Of a stretch of DNA of 64,000 nucleotides, positions 34,558-49,300 are shown in pieces. The notes under the pieces were generated by a model. It was not told where the DNA came from. It saw only the letters and a program-made list of their open reading frames with translations, and did not search any database. The first letter of the stretch is position 1. Each line of letters begins with the position of its first letter. The stretch is taken from positions 1 to 64,000 of the forward strand of contig JYFJ02000602.1 in assembly GCA_000934665.2 (NCBI GenBank), given 5' to 3'. A program made the position numbers and the translations under genes. This DNA is from Catajapyx aquilonaris. Lineage: Eukaryota.

Positions 34558-36884
34558 GAATGCATTGAAATGGTTTCATTTCGATACATCCGACTTCTGG
34601 TAGTTCTCAAGACTTTGCAGCTGATCGATTTACACTTTTGGTCAAATTTCGACTGGAAGCTGTGCAGCAAAATGAGCTCACAATGGTGTATGAAGCATAA
34701 ATTTTCAGTTCTAGTTTGTACAATTGAAACAGAAAATTTGAAATATAGGTGATCTTGTTGGCTGATTCAATCCACCTTCTTTTCAAACAGTCCGGCCAGA
34801 TCCACATTGTTTGTAATACAGCGCAGGACAATATTGAATACCCAAAAAGCACACTTTCCACCCAAGCATGTCTGATCAGTGATCCCTCCAGGGTCCGGAC
34901 CTGCCCTGCCGCAAGCTGAAAATTAGCAAAATCAAAAGCATGGGCGGCCCAACTTCCCTTTGAAATCCAATCGCCCACACCCTTAAAAAAAAAAACCCCA
35001 GCCAGTCCAATTGGATTTTGGCAACCATCAAAAGGGACCCCATATCGCGCCAAAAAAATTCGTATTTTATTTGCACTGTTTGTGTGTACCTTTACTCCCT
35101 CTGGTGGAAGGATGCTGAACTCGCTCTGTTTGTGTACGTGTGTGTGTGTGTTTTGTCAGTGTGTGTGTCGTAGGGGGGGGGGGGGGTGATGAGTGTGAGG
35201 CGGCGCATCTTCATCAGTCGCTCAGCAGGACAGGTGGAATAATCATATCAGGTGTTACACAGTGCGTTGATTTGGACAGGACCAGGATGGACCACGTGCT
35301 TTGATGACCTCACCGTTCACAAGGTACGGTAATTAACACTGTTACCGTATTTATGACCGATACTGTATTTACGACTGATATTGTAATTAACGCACATAGC
35401 TACCGGACAGAAATAACTTTCGGCGACATAATTCATAACTTGGCAGTAAATCCATTGCGTACGGAGTTTATTCTGGCCGTGTTTACACGACAACTCGCCC
35501 ACCTAGTCCGCTTGTAAAAAGTCGCGTCGCTCGCAAATCTGTCAGATTGGATGCAAAAAGGCCGTATCTGCGATTACAGATACGGCTTTTTTATTATTTC
35601 TGAAACGCGGGTACGCATGAATGTCCGGATGTCGTGACTCTTTCGTTACCTCGCGTATTATACCGTCGCATTCCAAGATGCAGGCGACTGTGCTGGGTCG
35701 AGATTAGGTTATCTTGGCCAGTGTTGCCATAAGGGAAGTGCTGCTGTAAGGAGATGTGGTTGACCACAGTGAGGAAGGGCGGGGGCCATGTCGACCACTC
35801 TCAAGAGGACCATGTCAGGTCACTTTCCAAGGATCAAGCACCGAATGTGAGTTTGAAGCATCAGTATTCATTTTGTTGTTTGTATAAAAATATGAACAAT
35901 GCATTATGTCCCGGACACCGATAACCTACATTCCAAGCCACAATATATTGTGACACTAGACACGAAATGCATTGACCCAGAGTACCGCAATGTGTGGGTC
36001 CTGTATACGGTACAGGGTGTGACGCGGTACACACCCGCGTACAAATAAGGCGATGATAGACACTGGACCAACCCAATATGGCTTGAGGAAGGTAGCAACT
36101 AAATGGGCGTAGTCTGGTTTTTACGTAGGTAATAATTGGGAGTTTGGCATGCTACCTGTGACGAAATGCGCGGCCGCTTCTTTACATGATAAGTATTCCA
36201 CGAGTAGTCAATTTCACCTGATAAATATTATCGTTGAGTAAATGTTTTGAAATGGTAGGGTGCACACAGGTGCGGATTGTATTCAAATGGAAAGTAAACT
36301 ACTTGAACTCGGTGATTTATTCAGGTATGGGTTGCCACAAAGTTTGCGGGCTCTAATTGGCAGGAAGTTTGTTGCTGTTGAAGTAATTTGAAGAGTGCGA
36401 ACAATACCACGAGGAATAAGCTGTGCGGACCATGTACGATAAGGATAGAACCTGGCGTTTGCGATAACATGTTGATAAATATGACTGACGAGACATACGT
36501 ATTGAAACTTCTCCGCTATGTGTAGCTGTAGAATATCGGAAGCAGCGTGCGCCACCTGCAGATATCCGGAAATGGCCCGTAAGCGGCGCGCACCTTCTTG
36601 AGCGCGTGCTCAGCAATTGACGGGTGTCGATGAGACAAGCGGTGCTTCAGATCCGCGTCCCCAATGGCGATATGCACATGTTTGAAGACAACAAGTGTCG
36701 TAAAGTGCTTTATTGCACCGTAAATCACATGACCCGTGGCAAGCAAGGGGCGGAAATGGATGGGTATGGCCTTCAGGGACACATCAGGTGCCATCCTTCC
36801 GCCCTGCATAGTTTCCCTGACTGATTGTGAGCGGGCTTTTCTTCTTCTATATCCAGGCATGTATTTTTGTTTGGTTTCAGGGAC

Positions 36885-36992
36885 ATGGAGGCGCTCCGGT
36901 CACGGATGCATACGGCCCTGGGGTCGCTGGCTGACCATGTCATTCGGCCAGGGAAGCAGGCGGTGGCTGCAGCCAGAGCCTACAACCTCAGG
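36885..36992 (+). CDS. Candidate alternative first coding exon of the RhoGAP gene (MEALRSRM...YNLR)
   Basis: Acceptor ttcag at 36880, ATG at 36885, strong phase-0 donor AGG|gtgagt compatible with exon 44890. Confidence 0.55.
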
Positions 36993-38439
36993 GTGAGTAC
37001 GATCAAAATATCAATCCGCAAGCAGGGGGGCGCACTGTGGCTACATTAGTCCCGCGGAACAGCACAAATCAGATGTTCCAGTGTGATTAAACGACATTAA
37101 AATGTCATCCGCCACAATTTTCATGTGGAACCATATGGCCATCCTATATTCTTCACAATTCTGCTATATGATCTCAAACTGTGAAGTGTTCCTGGTAGGT
37201 GCGCTGTTGGGGGTAGCAGTAATTTGAAGGTTATGTCACTTCTTAATGCCACTTTCAGTGGTGGGATGACCACGAGGTGTCAGGATGTCGTAAACAATAC
37301 GGATGTCACCCACTATGGGGTCGCCATATTAGGCACATTAATCGCATGCACAGTATTTCTGTCTAGTTTCCTGGGAGCGCCAAGATGGCGTACAATGCGG
37401 CTGGCGGCCATATTGTCGCTCGTATCTGGCTCGTATTTTTGCCGCTGCTGGCCATCATTCCTCGCGTCTATCTATCCATCCAGCAGCATCCCTCGGCGGG
37501 AGTGGAAGAAACGGAAAAGGCGTTGGCTCTAAAGATAGGTCTTTTGGGAGGGTTTCCTGCCAACCTCGTGCCTTCACCCGCCTCCCCCTACTTCAGAAGA
37601 AGGGGGTGAAAAGGCGGGATTGCCGTCTCGTTTTGCGGAACTCTTAATGTGCAATGTCACTTGGCAACCCTCTTTTTTTTGCATCAGGGGACATTAACCA
37701 TTGGCGGTTTTTTAAGCAGACAGAGGGCACTTTTCATTACAGTTTCTATCCTTGGCATGGCTCGTGGATAGGCGTATTTGCGGGCCACTTTGCAAGGTGA
37801 GCAGGAAGTTGGGCGCGGAAACACGGGGCTCATAATTTGTCATTAACGCTGATATTAATTATGCGGGGATAGCCCAATTAGTAAATAAATCAGAGTCTTC
37901 TCATATTTGCCAATCGGTTTTTGTTGAGATGTGTCATACCTGAAAAGGTGCGGCATCCGGAAGAGAGGGGGGGAATATATGGCTCGGAAAACAAGTTGGG
38001 GGAGGCTGAATGGCATCCTCTTCAGGACCAAGGCGAAATTCCTGACGTTCCTATGGAAGTGGACTCTTGACAGGATATTTTGGTTGGCGAATGCACCATA
38101 CACATCACGCCAATCTTTTGTGGACACCTTGTTTCGCCTACTGGTTTATTTGGGTGTCTGTTTACACGGTGCGCCCGAATCTGATTGGCTATTATGTCCC
38201 ATGTGACACAACAGAATTAAAACTGACCTTATGGGACATTGCATAGTGATTTAAAACAATATAAGCCACATTTTTTTCATTACCTCATCTGAGGTGGCCA
38301 ATCACGCCTATAATCGGATTATAGGGGGTTAGCCTTCACGTGCCTGCTTCCACTGTCGTGCAGCATAGTACAAGACGTCACTGGCACGAACATGTCCTGG
38401 ATGCAAAATTCCGGCACCGAAAGCACACATGCACCATAA

Positions 38440-38652
38440 ATGACAGCTTGGCAAGGCAGCAGCATGTGTGTGGTGCTGGGGCTGCTGGGTTGGAGAGGTT
38501 GGGTGTGGGGCAAGGGAGTGAGTATGTGTGTGCGGTGTGTGTGTGTAGTAGAGGGGGTGCATCTGTTGGCAGCAGGGTTTGGTCGGGTTGCTTGCCAGCA
38601 GGTTCTGCTGGTTCCTTCGGGAGAGCAGTGGCGTAGACTACAGAAGCCACAG
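38440..38652 (+). CDS. Second candidate alternative 5' exon of the RhoGAP gene
   Basis: Open frame ending in a phase-0 donor CAG|gtgaga; start codon uncertain (internal MCVRCVC possible). Confidence 0.3.
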
Positions 38653-40357
38653 GTGAGAGAAGTTAATTCCATGTATGGACCGGAGTATGTGAAGTGACAT
38701 GTGATTTTGTTCACCTTTTTTTTGATATTTTGGGGGGTAAGTGGAGTACTAACCTACTTACAGTACATTTTGAGCGGGGCCCTCATCAGGAAAATTTGCT
38801 AGTGTCATCGACACCGCGAACCACGAGGTCATTGCTGTCCTCCCCACACTCGTGTGGACTGTCCTCCACGTGTGTGCCCCACCCACTTTTCCTTATCCAA
38901 AAGGGGGATGACGGGGGTTAAATTTAAACCGGCACCTTGTTGGAAATTGCGCTCCTCAGATCGGGAAGGCTCAAATTAGGCTGCGAAGAAGTAGTCGCGG
39001 GGGCAAAGGGGGACGGAGCGGGGGCCAAAGGGTTCAAGAAAAAGAGGGAAGAGGAGGGGAAGGGGAGGATACAGTGATGCCAACTCTTGTGTGGCGTTCA
39101 TTGGTTCTGCCCTGACGCGCAGGACGTTTATTTTGGAAAGAGTAGGAGTATGTGGAGGTAGTTAAACACACACACACATATGCATGACGTAGTCGCTCAA
39201 GTCTGTGGATTCTAATTGGGCACGTGCCCTTGACCAATAGGCTGCCTGTAATTTATACCGAAATTGGCATCATTATTGTTGGAAGAGAAGATCGGAAAGT
39301 TTTGCAATTAAGGGAAATATGTTGTCTTCATTTGTGATCTGGATTCAAAAAATTAAATGAGTAGAGTTGTCTTTTATGAGCGAGAAAGCAGAGTTTGCAG
39401 ATTTGTAGAGCGAGCTGACCCTATTTTTGCTACGAATACATAGCAGTGATAGACATGGGTCAGCGCCCATGCAGGTGGATTGCTCTGGGAAAAATCTGGT
39501 GGTGTATCACATGGCTAGTATGGGAAGCAAGCGATTGTTTTGTTGGGATGATTGCCATGTGACATTTTGTTTTTTTTTTGCAATTTTATTTTATTTATTT
39601 ATAAAAATTAGTGAAAGTGTCATGCTTGTTTTCGATGCAGCTTTTCGGCGTGGTTAGTACAGGGGACATAATATGGTAAGCACAACTTCACAAGAGTTGT
39701 GTTTTTTTATGTTTTCTTCAACTGACACTGCCAAGTTGGAGGTGGTCCAGATTGGACCAGACTGGAATCCACAGTTTGGGGAGAGTTTGAAAGGGGGGGG
39801 GGGGGGGTTATGCCGGGAGTGGAAATTAGCTCCAGAACCGACTTGTCTCGCTTACCAACTGCTGTTTTACTGCACTTCCATCTGTGGAATTCTTCAAAGT
39901 TCCATTCATTTTTTTTTTCTCAAGCTTCTTCCTCTTCCTAGACTGTTTTTGTGTGACCCTATTTCCTAGATGCGTTTGGGAGTGGGAGGGATGTCCTGTA
40001 GGGGGAGGTAGGGGAGGGTTAACGCTCGGGAAGTTTGCTATATTTACCAAACTAGTGGTGACGTTAACCGGATTTCGACCTAATCCACTTCAGAAGCTGT
40101 GTGGTTTTTTTTGGGAGGAGAGTAGATTCAATGTGAGCGTGCGCGGCCTGTCAGTTGACGCTAATCTTGCTGATGTCGCTGGGCTACTAAATGCTGGATG
40201 TTGTCGCTTATTAAACGGGCGTTTTATTAATTTTAGGGGGATTAATCGGCCGGGGGTTTAAGTCTTTGAGGTGATTGGGGACTGACTATAGTTTGTATGG
40301 GAAATGAATTTCACTGCAACAGCAGCAGAATGAAACACTGAGTTTCACTTTTTATCT

Positions 40358-40702
40358 ACACATTACATTACACATTACATTACATTACATTTTAGCTAAT
40401 ATTATAGTTCATCAAATAATATTATGTTTCAGCCAATATTATAGTTTAGCTAATATTATAGATCATTTATTATTATTATGCTTTAGCCAATATTATATTT
40501 TAGTTAATATTATATTTCATCTAATATTGTATTTTAGTTAATATTATATTTCATCTAATATTGTATTTTAGTTAATATTTCCATCTGATATTATATTTTA
40601 AGTAATATTTTCATCTAATATTATATTACTATTCCCGTATTATTATTGTCCAATATTATTAGCCTATTATATAATATTATTATGCTGAAAATAAATATTA
40701 TT
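40358..40702. repeat. (CATTA)n microsatellite followed by AT-rich TAATATTAT-type degenerate tandem array
   Basis: Direct reading: cattacattacattacatt, then repeated (c/t)taatattata...tttag units. Confidence 0.8.
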
Positions 40703-43333
40703 GTGGACAGCAACGTTTCTGGAAGGTTTCTGTGTAAGTTGACATATGCAAATTTTTAAAAACTTGTACTATGTATGGTCCGCACTGGTAGCTCATATTA
40801 TAAGAGAGGAAATACGCGGCCTGCATGACGTTATCTTCTGTGAAACTTATGTGCGTTTCCCGATTTTGTGTGCTTTATGCACGGGAATATCTATGTGCAC
40901 GTGTTTCTGGGACTGTAATTTCCGGGAGCTTGTGGACTCAAGTTGGGTAAACTATGAAGTGAGAGTTAATTTTACACTTTCGGTCGAACGAGTGAGGGAA
41001 GCGGGTGAAAATTTCATCGGAGGAGCGCAAAATGTTGCAATAACAACATCGAGGCCAATCAAAAAAAAATTTTAAACAAAAAAAGTATAGCGATGCAATC
41101 TACAATATATAGGTTATGGACAAACACTAAGCCAACCACTCGAGATATTAGATACTGAAATATAGATAAGCTGCATCGGCTTGCGTGATGCGCGCGTACC
41201 CTACATTTACTACGGCTTATTTAGCAACTGTTTTTTTTCTTCATCTTAATTCCTCTAGGCATATGGCCTTGACTTTGATGGCAAAACAGCTTATTAGCAC
41301 AATTTTTCTGAACTGACCACACACTCTCGAACGTGCCTATTGAATGCGAATGCTCCGGTCTTTCCTGTCCGTCCTTTGTCATGCTTTGATGCCAGGCTTC
41401 ACCTGCACATCCTCTCATTCGTCCTTTATCCCCAAAGGACACCTGAGCAAGGTCAGTGTATGACGATACTCCCCGTGAGAATCTAGGATTAATTAGGTTC
41501 TGACATGAAAATGGCTGAGATGTGCAATTGACGGTGAATCATTTATAGGCGTCATATATCAGTTGGATGCAACACATATGATGAAATGATGAATGGTGCC
41601 ATCTTCATTTGAGTCATATGTGTAGCAATATGATTTTCTGGTTTAATTGTTATAATATGAAAATTGCGTTATTTGGATGTTGGGGGGAGATATTGGTACG
41701 GACGTCTGATGCACCCTGTAGATGCCTAAATGAGAGCCATGAGAAACTGCGTCAAGGCTACCATCAGACACCCTGTAAACTCTCACTGGGTCTGTATCGT
41801 GAGTCACGCTCATCACGCATACCTGCTGTACACTCTACAATGCAATGTCCCGTGATAATGTATCGCCCAGTGAGGCTATACCAAGTATGCTCCCTATTTT
41901 TTTAAATTCCATAGTCGCTTCATTCATGGATCCATGCAAACGATTTCATTCAAGTACCGTGCCCTGACGTTGTTTTTTTTTTTTTAAAGCATGGCGGAAT
42001 TTTTGAGATTCGTAACAGGCCGTTGCTTCTGCACGATTCTTCCGTCCATTACGGGGTGTTCCGGAGTCTGATGCTGGAGAGTGGTTAGAAGATAAGCTAT
42101 TTGAGATGATGGGTTTTTTGGGGGGAGAGGAATGTCTGGGTCAAGGTGGGGGTGACATTCCGGGATTTGTTGGCCCAGTCTTTTTTGGTTTTTTTTTTAT
42201 CTTTTCTTGATGGATGGCGCCGGAGGGGGGGCTGATTGGTGTGGTATTTCCGGGGAGGAGTGTTGCCATGTTGTTTAATGGAAATTGCTAATAAGTCGGT
42301 GGTACACCTGCTGCTTTCGGTTATTGGTATGCGACTTTCTATAGGTACTCACTCGATTGGTTCAATGCTTGTTTTGACGAAGAAAGTGGGTGACAATTAA
42401 CTTTCCATATTGCCACGGATTTGATTTATTAGTGAGTCTACAACGGAATGTAGTTTAAAATCTTCATATAAATATTAAATATTTAACTAATATTTTTTAA
42501 AACCTGCTTGGGACAGTAGCATTTCATTTGAGAAATTGCACTATTCCTCCCCCCCCCCCCCAAAAAAAAAACAAAAAAAAACGAGATGTTTTGGACAGCT
42601 ATGTGCGCAGGTATTGTCATTATCAAAATAACGGAAAATTGTAACTTTTTTTCCCCCCCTTTCACAGTTTACAGTGTGGGTCACAAAAGCGTTTCACTTT
42701 TTTCAGTTAGCCCAAGTATGCTTCAAACTTTCGAACCCTAATCAAATGTGCAAATTCAAAGAGTCTGAAGCTTGAGGCCTTTAATAACTCATCCAGTTGC
42801 GCACAGAAAAATATTTCGGCTCGTTAAACAGCAATGTCCTTGATGGGCATAACGGGTCACCTTGAATCTTCCCATCAGTCATGACCTCACGTGACCTACC
42901 AGAAAACACTGCACCCCAGCTAGCTTAGCGTGCATCTCATTGCAATAGTGCGAGCCGGCCAATCTCGAAAGGTGAGTTTTCTCATGGTGGCAACACCGCC
43001 TCTCACCCACCAAAGAAGGTAGGAAAAGAAGGGCAAGCCTTCCAGTAGAAAGAAGGTGGTCATCAGGGGTAGTCGAGACAACAGACCAGTAGCGGAACTC
43101 GGTCTCTTTTTAATTCATTATATACCCCCCAAAAAAAGAGAAAAAAAATTATTGCGTGCGAGTGCGTGCCAAGTATGCAGAGTTGAGCGGTACCCAAGTG
43201 GGGCAGGACATTCCTGAGGGGGAGGGGACAGAAGGCAGCGGGACCTCGAACACACATTGCGGTTTTCTGTACGAACATGGGTACGAAGGAGTGAGGGAGT
43301 GTCGTAGGTTGTAGCTGTGACGAGCAGGCGACG

Positions 43334-46300
43334 ATGCCAGCGGCGTTGTTCGAGGGCAGCCGGATGGCCGTGGATGGCCTCAGGGCCAAGGCGAGGATCA
43401 GGCTCTTCAAGAGACATTCAGTCCCAGGAGGAGTGAGTACCAGCACAAGTGATGAAAAATACGGAACTACTTTTATCGCATTGCACATTGGCGGAGGGAC
43501 GTTAATGCTTGAAAATATGCCGAATTCATTGTGATATCAGAAATTGCTATAAATATTGCAATTCGTGATTTCATCCTGATTTCATTAAAAAATGGATACA
43601 TGTGTTAATATTGGAGACAACCCCCCCCCCCCCATCCCCCTATATAAGCGGATTGATATTAATGTGCGATGTTCGAGTGAGGACAGCATCCGGTGGCAAT
43701 CGGCACACCAGGATGGCCGCTACGTGGCTGTACCGTTAGAACACTGGGTGACTGCGGGGAATGCCACGGAATTCGGTGTCTGATCCATCTAATCGCAGGT
43801 GCTTTTGACCTCGTTAGGACGAGCCCACTCAGGCATTCCTGATAAGGAGTCTGGTGGAGCACCATACGTAGGTGTGACCCTTGCAGAAAAATCCTACGCA
43901 AGGTTGGCAGAAAATGGGCTTAGGTCTAAGCCAGGGTGTAATTCCAGCGTCAACAATGCTATCTTGGCAGGGTCGACACGGAGGACTTGATATCTGTGCG
44001 AAAAAGATAGTCCAGCCAAGGCTCTCTTGTTTTGTTTGCTTTTCAACCTCTCTGCAAACTGCAGCCAAATTATTCTCCGTAAGTTCAATGTCACGTGCCG
44101 CTGGCTTTTTGTTTAACGGTGCCAAAACAATGTAGCCAGGAGGGAAGACACGTGACGCGAAATATTGGCTAATTCTGTTTGCATATTTGGAGCGGTTAAT
44201 TGCTGACCTTTTACGTCACCGCGAGCTATTGTTGTGGGCGGGGTGGTCATTAAAAGATTTAAGGTACAGGGTGGGAACAAAAAGGGGGGCCGTTGCTCTC
44301 CAAATTCGGCCCCATTTTTACCATATGACCAATCAACAAATCAATTGCGCGACCTTTAAATCGCACGGGTCATTGCAACATTGAAGCGAAAGTGACTTCT
44401 GACTTTCCCAGTTTTATTGTTGGTTTTTTTTTGTCCGTAATAGAGTCACGGTTTCGAAACCGTTTGTCTCGGAACGACATCAAAGATAGCGAATGGCTGG
44501 CGGGTAGTACCTGGAAAAAAAAAAAGACGTCTTCGTCGTTAAAGACTGGAGTATTGCCAGAGGGGGCGACGTGCTGCCAAAAAGGTCGTCTCAGGTCTCT
44601 TCGAAGCCAGGGGATGTGGGTCACACCTTGTCGAAGCCTCGTCTCGGAGAAATCCCATTTAGAATGAGCCGGAGGTTTTGATATTCAATTAGTAAGGGCA
44701 CATGACTGGAGGGTGTGACAACAAGAGAGGAAATTGTCGTCAATTATGTTCGTACTAGGAAAAACCTTGCGACTGGGCCAATAGTTTCATTTTCTAGGAA
44801 GAACCCCCTAAAATTGGGCACTGGGGGGGTTATGCCGCAGCACGTGCGCCGTGAGCCAGAATTTACTAGGGTTCCTTGGTATATTTCAGGCCCCGTCGGG
44901 CAGCAGCGAAGACGGGTTCGAGTCGGACTCCCCCCGGATGGACAGAGGCCCACCATCCGCCTGTGGCACCCCGACCACCACAAACGCACCAGCATCGGCC
45001 ATCAGTGGGGCAGCAGGGGTTAAGGGTCAACAAGGGGCCAATCCGTCCAGATGCATCTCGATGGCCAGCATCAGCAGCGACGGAAGCAGCGAGAGCCACG
45101 TGGTGGAACAGGAGGACATCGCGGCACTCACCCATGATGTCCGGGCCTTTAAAGAGGCTCTCGGGAAGCTCAGGAGGCTCTTCCAACCTGATAGAGGTCA
45201 GTCTGATGCCTGCCAGTCAATGGGCACTTTCACACTGGGGAGGACTTTCGGTGGCGACCTCGGGGCATCTTGTGAATGAAGACACTTTCACGGTGCAGGT
45301 GTTTGGGTGAATGGCCAGTATTTGTGACGCGGAAGACAGGTGAGAGTAGGCTCAATGTTGGATGTCGATGGCCAGATTGTACCAGCAGAAGAGGTTATGA
45401 AACACTGTCCGATTGCCACGCCTGTAGTAGTGACAGACGTTGCTAAAAAGGCCGTTGAGTCATCTCCGAAAAAGAATCGGCAGGAATAACCGGCAGACGC
45501 TGCCAGTGTTTCCTTTGGACTCCTCGAGAGCATTTGGTCCATGGCTTCCACTCCTGTTGGAATCCTGGTGTTTCAGAGTGTGCCGGTGGAGGAACTGGGT
45601 GAGGCTGTGCCTAACCTTGTTGTTTGTTGCTTTGATCGAAAAAAACCCACATGCGATGAGAATGAGAGCATTGTCTGTGTGTGTGTGGAGCAATAAAGGC
45701 GGATGTGAGAAACGGACAAATGCTTCCGGGTTTTGGCATTGTCTCTGAATCGTACTGCTTGATTCAGGAAGAAGCAACTTCGATTGCAATCATAACCGAA
45801 TGTGTTTTTGCTTTCTCTTAGGCTCTCTGCAGGAACCACTTCGATCTGCTGCCCACGAGCGTCTCAGCGATGTCCTCCGGATCTTGAGGTCGGTGCTTGA
45901 GAAATACCCGGCGCTGCATGCCCAAGAGCTACTTTTGGCTGCTGGAACACTCATACAGCAAGTCAAAGGTTAGTAGCCGTGGTGTATCACAACGTTGCCC
46001 TCAATCGTTTGTTACCTCACTGTGATTTTCACTTCAGGATTCAGCTATGAGGAAGAAAAAGCGGATCCCAAGGACGTCTTCGAGCCTATTGATCAACTGG
46101 CTTTGGCTTTCAGCAGTCGGTGAGTTACATTATGAATTTAATAAATTGGAGAGATAAAAATGAATAGAAGGAAGATAGCAATTCCGGGATTGCTGAAGTG
46201 GGACACATCAATTCACGGCGGGGCTTGCTCTATTCAGGAAAAAGATGCGGCGGTTGCCATGGCTTTCCCTCTAAAGAGTAAAAGTGACCTGGCTGAGGTC

Positions 46301-49300
46301 GGCCAATTGTGTCTTCCTTCATTTGCCACTCAGGATTGCTTAATGAGGTGTGCCGTCAACTTTGAAGTTAACGAGTCATGATGCCCTCCTTCGACTCTTC
46401 GGCATGCAAATCGGACGAGTTAGTGACCAAAGTGGGTCAATGCTTCCTATCCCAAATGCAGGACCATTTGTGTGGAGGCCATTAGTGCGCGTGGCTCTTT
46501 TAAGTATAAAAATCCAAGGCTACGACGCAGGTGGGGTCTTTCGAAGCACCCTTAAAAAACAAAGGAGTTTGAATGAAAAAAATAAGGTGCGTCACAAGGA
46601 GATGGGAGTGGTTGTCCTCGCCAGGAAAATGCGTACGACATGATTTGTTGTGCAAACAATCATTCGTCGTGCTAGTCATCCTGGTATGGATGGATGTGCA
46701 GGGACATGTTCCAAACCAAACAGCGTTGGGCAACCTTGTGCGGACCATGGTACGTTAGATACACTTTGGCCACCGTACTTCCAAGTACGGTAGCCAAAAT
46801 GTTTTGGATGTACGGTAGCCAAAATGTGTTGTCGTAGCTGCAAAGTGTGTCTTCCTGGTGTATTGCAGAAATTATGCTGGTCACGAACATTTTTTTTGAC
46901 AAGTAAAAGTCACCGTTTTAGGACGGAGTGTAAATTGTGCAGGAAACGTTCTTGCTGACCAGCGTACCATGGAAACAGCTGTATTTTGAATTTTCTGGGC
47001 CGGCAATTTTTGGATGCAAAAGAAGTGCTGAAATAACTTTTCCATACCGGTACTGCTCGGGTTGCGTCACGAAGATGACCCATTCAGATCATTTTTTATA
47101 TATACGGGACCGTTTGTTAGAAAATTGCTCGGTGTGACCAGTCACGGTCAAGGCCGTTTGTTCTTGACCCAAACTTGGGACATTTTTCTGTGGTCTCCCT
47201 AGAGGGGAAGGAAAAACGATCTTGGAGGCGGGACCCACATTCCAGAGGGCCCTTTCGAAGAGGGGGGTGGGCTCAGATTGTATGCAGAATAACGCGGAAC
47301 ACAGTGTTGCCTAACACATGCGAAACACTGTGGACATTCGCTTTATAAAAAAAATGAAGTTTGGCAATCCAGGACCATGCTGTAACTGATCTCGAACCAG
47401 CAGACCTGGTAGGGCAAGTGCCGGAAGAGGAGCTATTTTCAAAGTGTTTGCATATGCTGTGTATGTGTGACCACACCTTTATGTTGGATGGAGAAAAAAA
47501 AAGTAGGACTGTGTACGTGACAACAGCATAAACATTCATGCCTTGCGATGCTGTCAAAGGCATTCTGAAGAAGTAAGTGGTCAGCATGTTTTTGGTTGCC
47601 TTCAGGCGAGGTCATCTAGCTTTGAACCTTGCTAGTGGGTGGACTGTGCAGGATCATTTTCTCCCTAAGGGGCCGTTGCCATCTGTCAGATCTCACTTTT
47701 TGCTGCCTGACACTATTAGCTAGAGTAAACCAACTGATTTATTGATTTGATACCCAGGTCAACAGATTTTCGGTTGTGGCAAAGTTCAATCACGATTAAT
47801 GGAGTTTAATAACGGTGATTAGGTGGGGAGGCTGATCGGGCTTTTAGCACGTTGAATTATTTCCTGTGACGTTTTTTTTTCATGGGTGATTGATATGGAG
47901 TGATTGGGGCGTGAAGTGTGTGTTGATGATGGGAAACTGGATGGTGTGTAATGGTTTTTGATGTATTTTTTTTTTCAGGGTGTCGGAATACCTGATGGGA
48001 GATCTGGATGCGACGGTGTCAGTCTCCAGCAGAACCAAGGTAAGAGGAAAATGTGCATGATCAGAGAGGAAGTAATTACCATTATTTGCATATACGTAAC
48101 TTAAAATACGATCAAATATTCATGGCTGTAATATGTAAAAATAAATTAAATGAAAAATTCATAACATCCTGTACGCAGTTTAGCGGCTGCTGTATATGCT
48201 TGAAAGCTTTGCAGAAATATAGCTGGAAAGTTAGTATCCGTAACCAATAGCTTCCATCCTTAGTTTCATATTTTTGCTTGTGGCATATTTCTGTGTCAGC
48301 TAAAAAGGAAGTGGTAGGATGACTCAGCAATGCAGATCATCACTTTTTTTCCTTGTTGATCATCCATCACTGCTTGCCAAATGCGTCAATGTAAGTACAC
48401 TTTGTTGCAGTCGTGTGAGAATCTGGCAGCATCTGATGCAGAGAGCCTGCCGGATCTCCGCGAAGGAAGAGACTCCAGGAGCATTGGCTCTTTGCTGAGT
48501 CCGGAGCAGGCGGACGAGGCGCTGCACCATACTGAACAAGGTGTGGAGTTGGCACTCAGGAGGGCCAAGCTGTGGGCCAAGTACGCCAGGGACATCCTCT
48601 CTTTCGCTGAGCGCCGGGCTCATCTGGAGCTGGAGTTCTCCAAGGGAGTGGCCAAGTTGGCCCTGACTGTTAGGCCCATTTTGAAGGAGGAGGTATGCTT
48701 GATGGTTCAATGTCTGATTTATTTTTTGAGCGAACTGTATGTAACGGGGAATTTTTCAGTCATTCCAGCCTCTCCAGTCAATCTACTGCACTGCCCTAGA
48801 CCATGACCTAGAAAACAGTAACTCAAGCCAGGCCACATGGAGCCTCCTTCAGGGCTACAAGTTCATGGAACCCCTTGCGGCACGTCGGATAGAACATGAG
48901 AGGTGCCGCAAGCAGCTGAAGGAGCGCTGGCAGAGGGAAGTGAAGAGGGTGCAAGAGGCAGTGGCAGCCATGAGGAAGGCAAGGAACCTGTACATGCAGC
49001 GGTGGGGAGAGTGGGAGAAGGCCAAGGAGGCCACTGCCAGGAGCGAAGTCAGTGCAGAGGCCGCTGGAGGGGCAGAAGCCTCTGCAAAAGTCGATAAGAA
49101 GAGGAGGCTTGAGGAAGAAGCATTACAAAAGGTGATTACCATATTTTTAATGAGCTGTCATTGTTTTCCCTCCTTGTAGTGTTCATAAAAATAACTTTCT
49201 CCATCATTGTTGGCAAGTGGTAATTTTAAAAAGCTGAAAGACTTTTGTTCCTTTAAAACTGTGTGCTATTTAAGATTTTTATTGCATGATGTTCAATTTA

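Noticed and set aside
40358..40702. CRISPR-like or telomeric array
   Set aside because: Simple degenerate AT-rich repeats, no unique spacers, not TTAGG.
46252..46265. Additional X-box-like half sites (also ~663, ~42262, ~47306)
   Set aside because: Incomplete second half-site and not near a start site; they show the background rate of such motifs.
46775..46827. 25-bp tandem duplication GTACGGTAGCCAAAATGT
   Set aside because: Two-copy local slippage in an intron; nothing further supports function.
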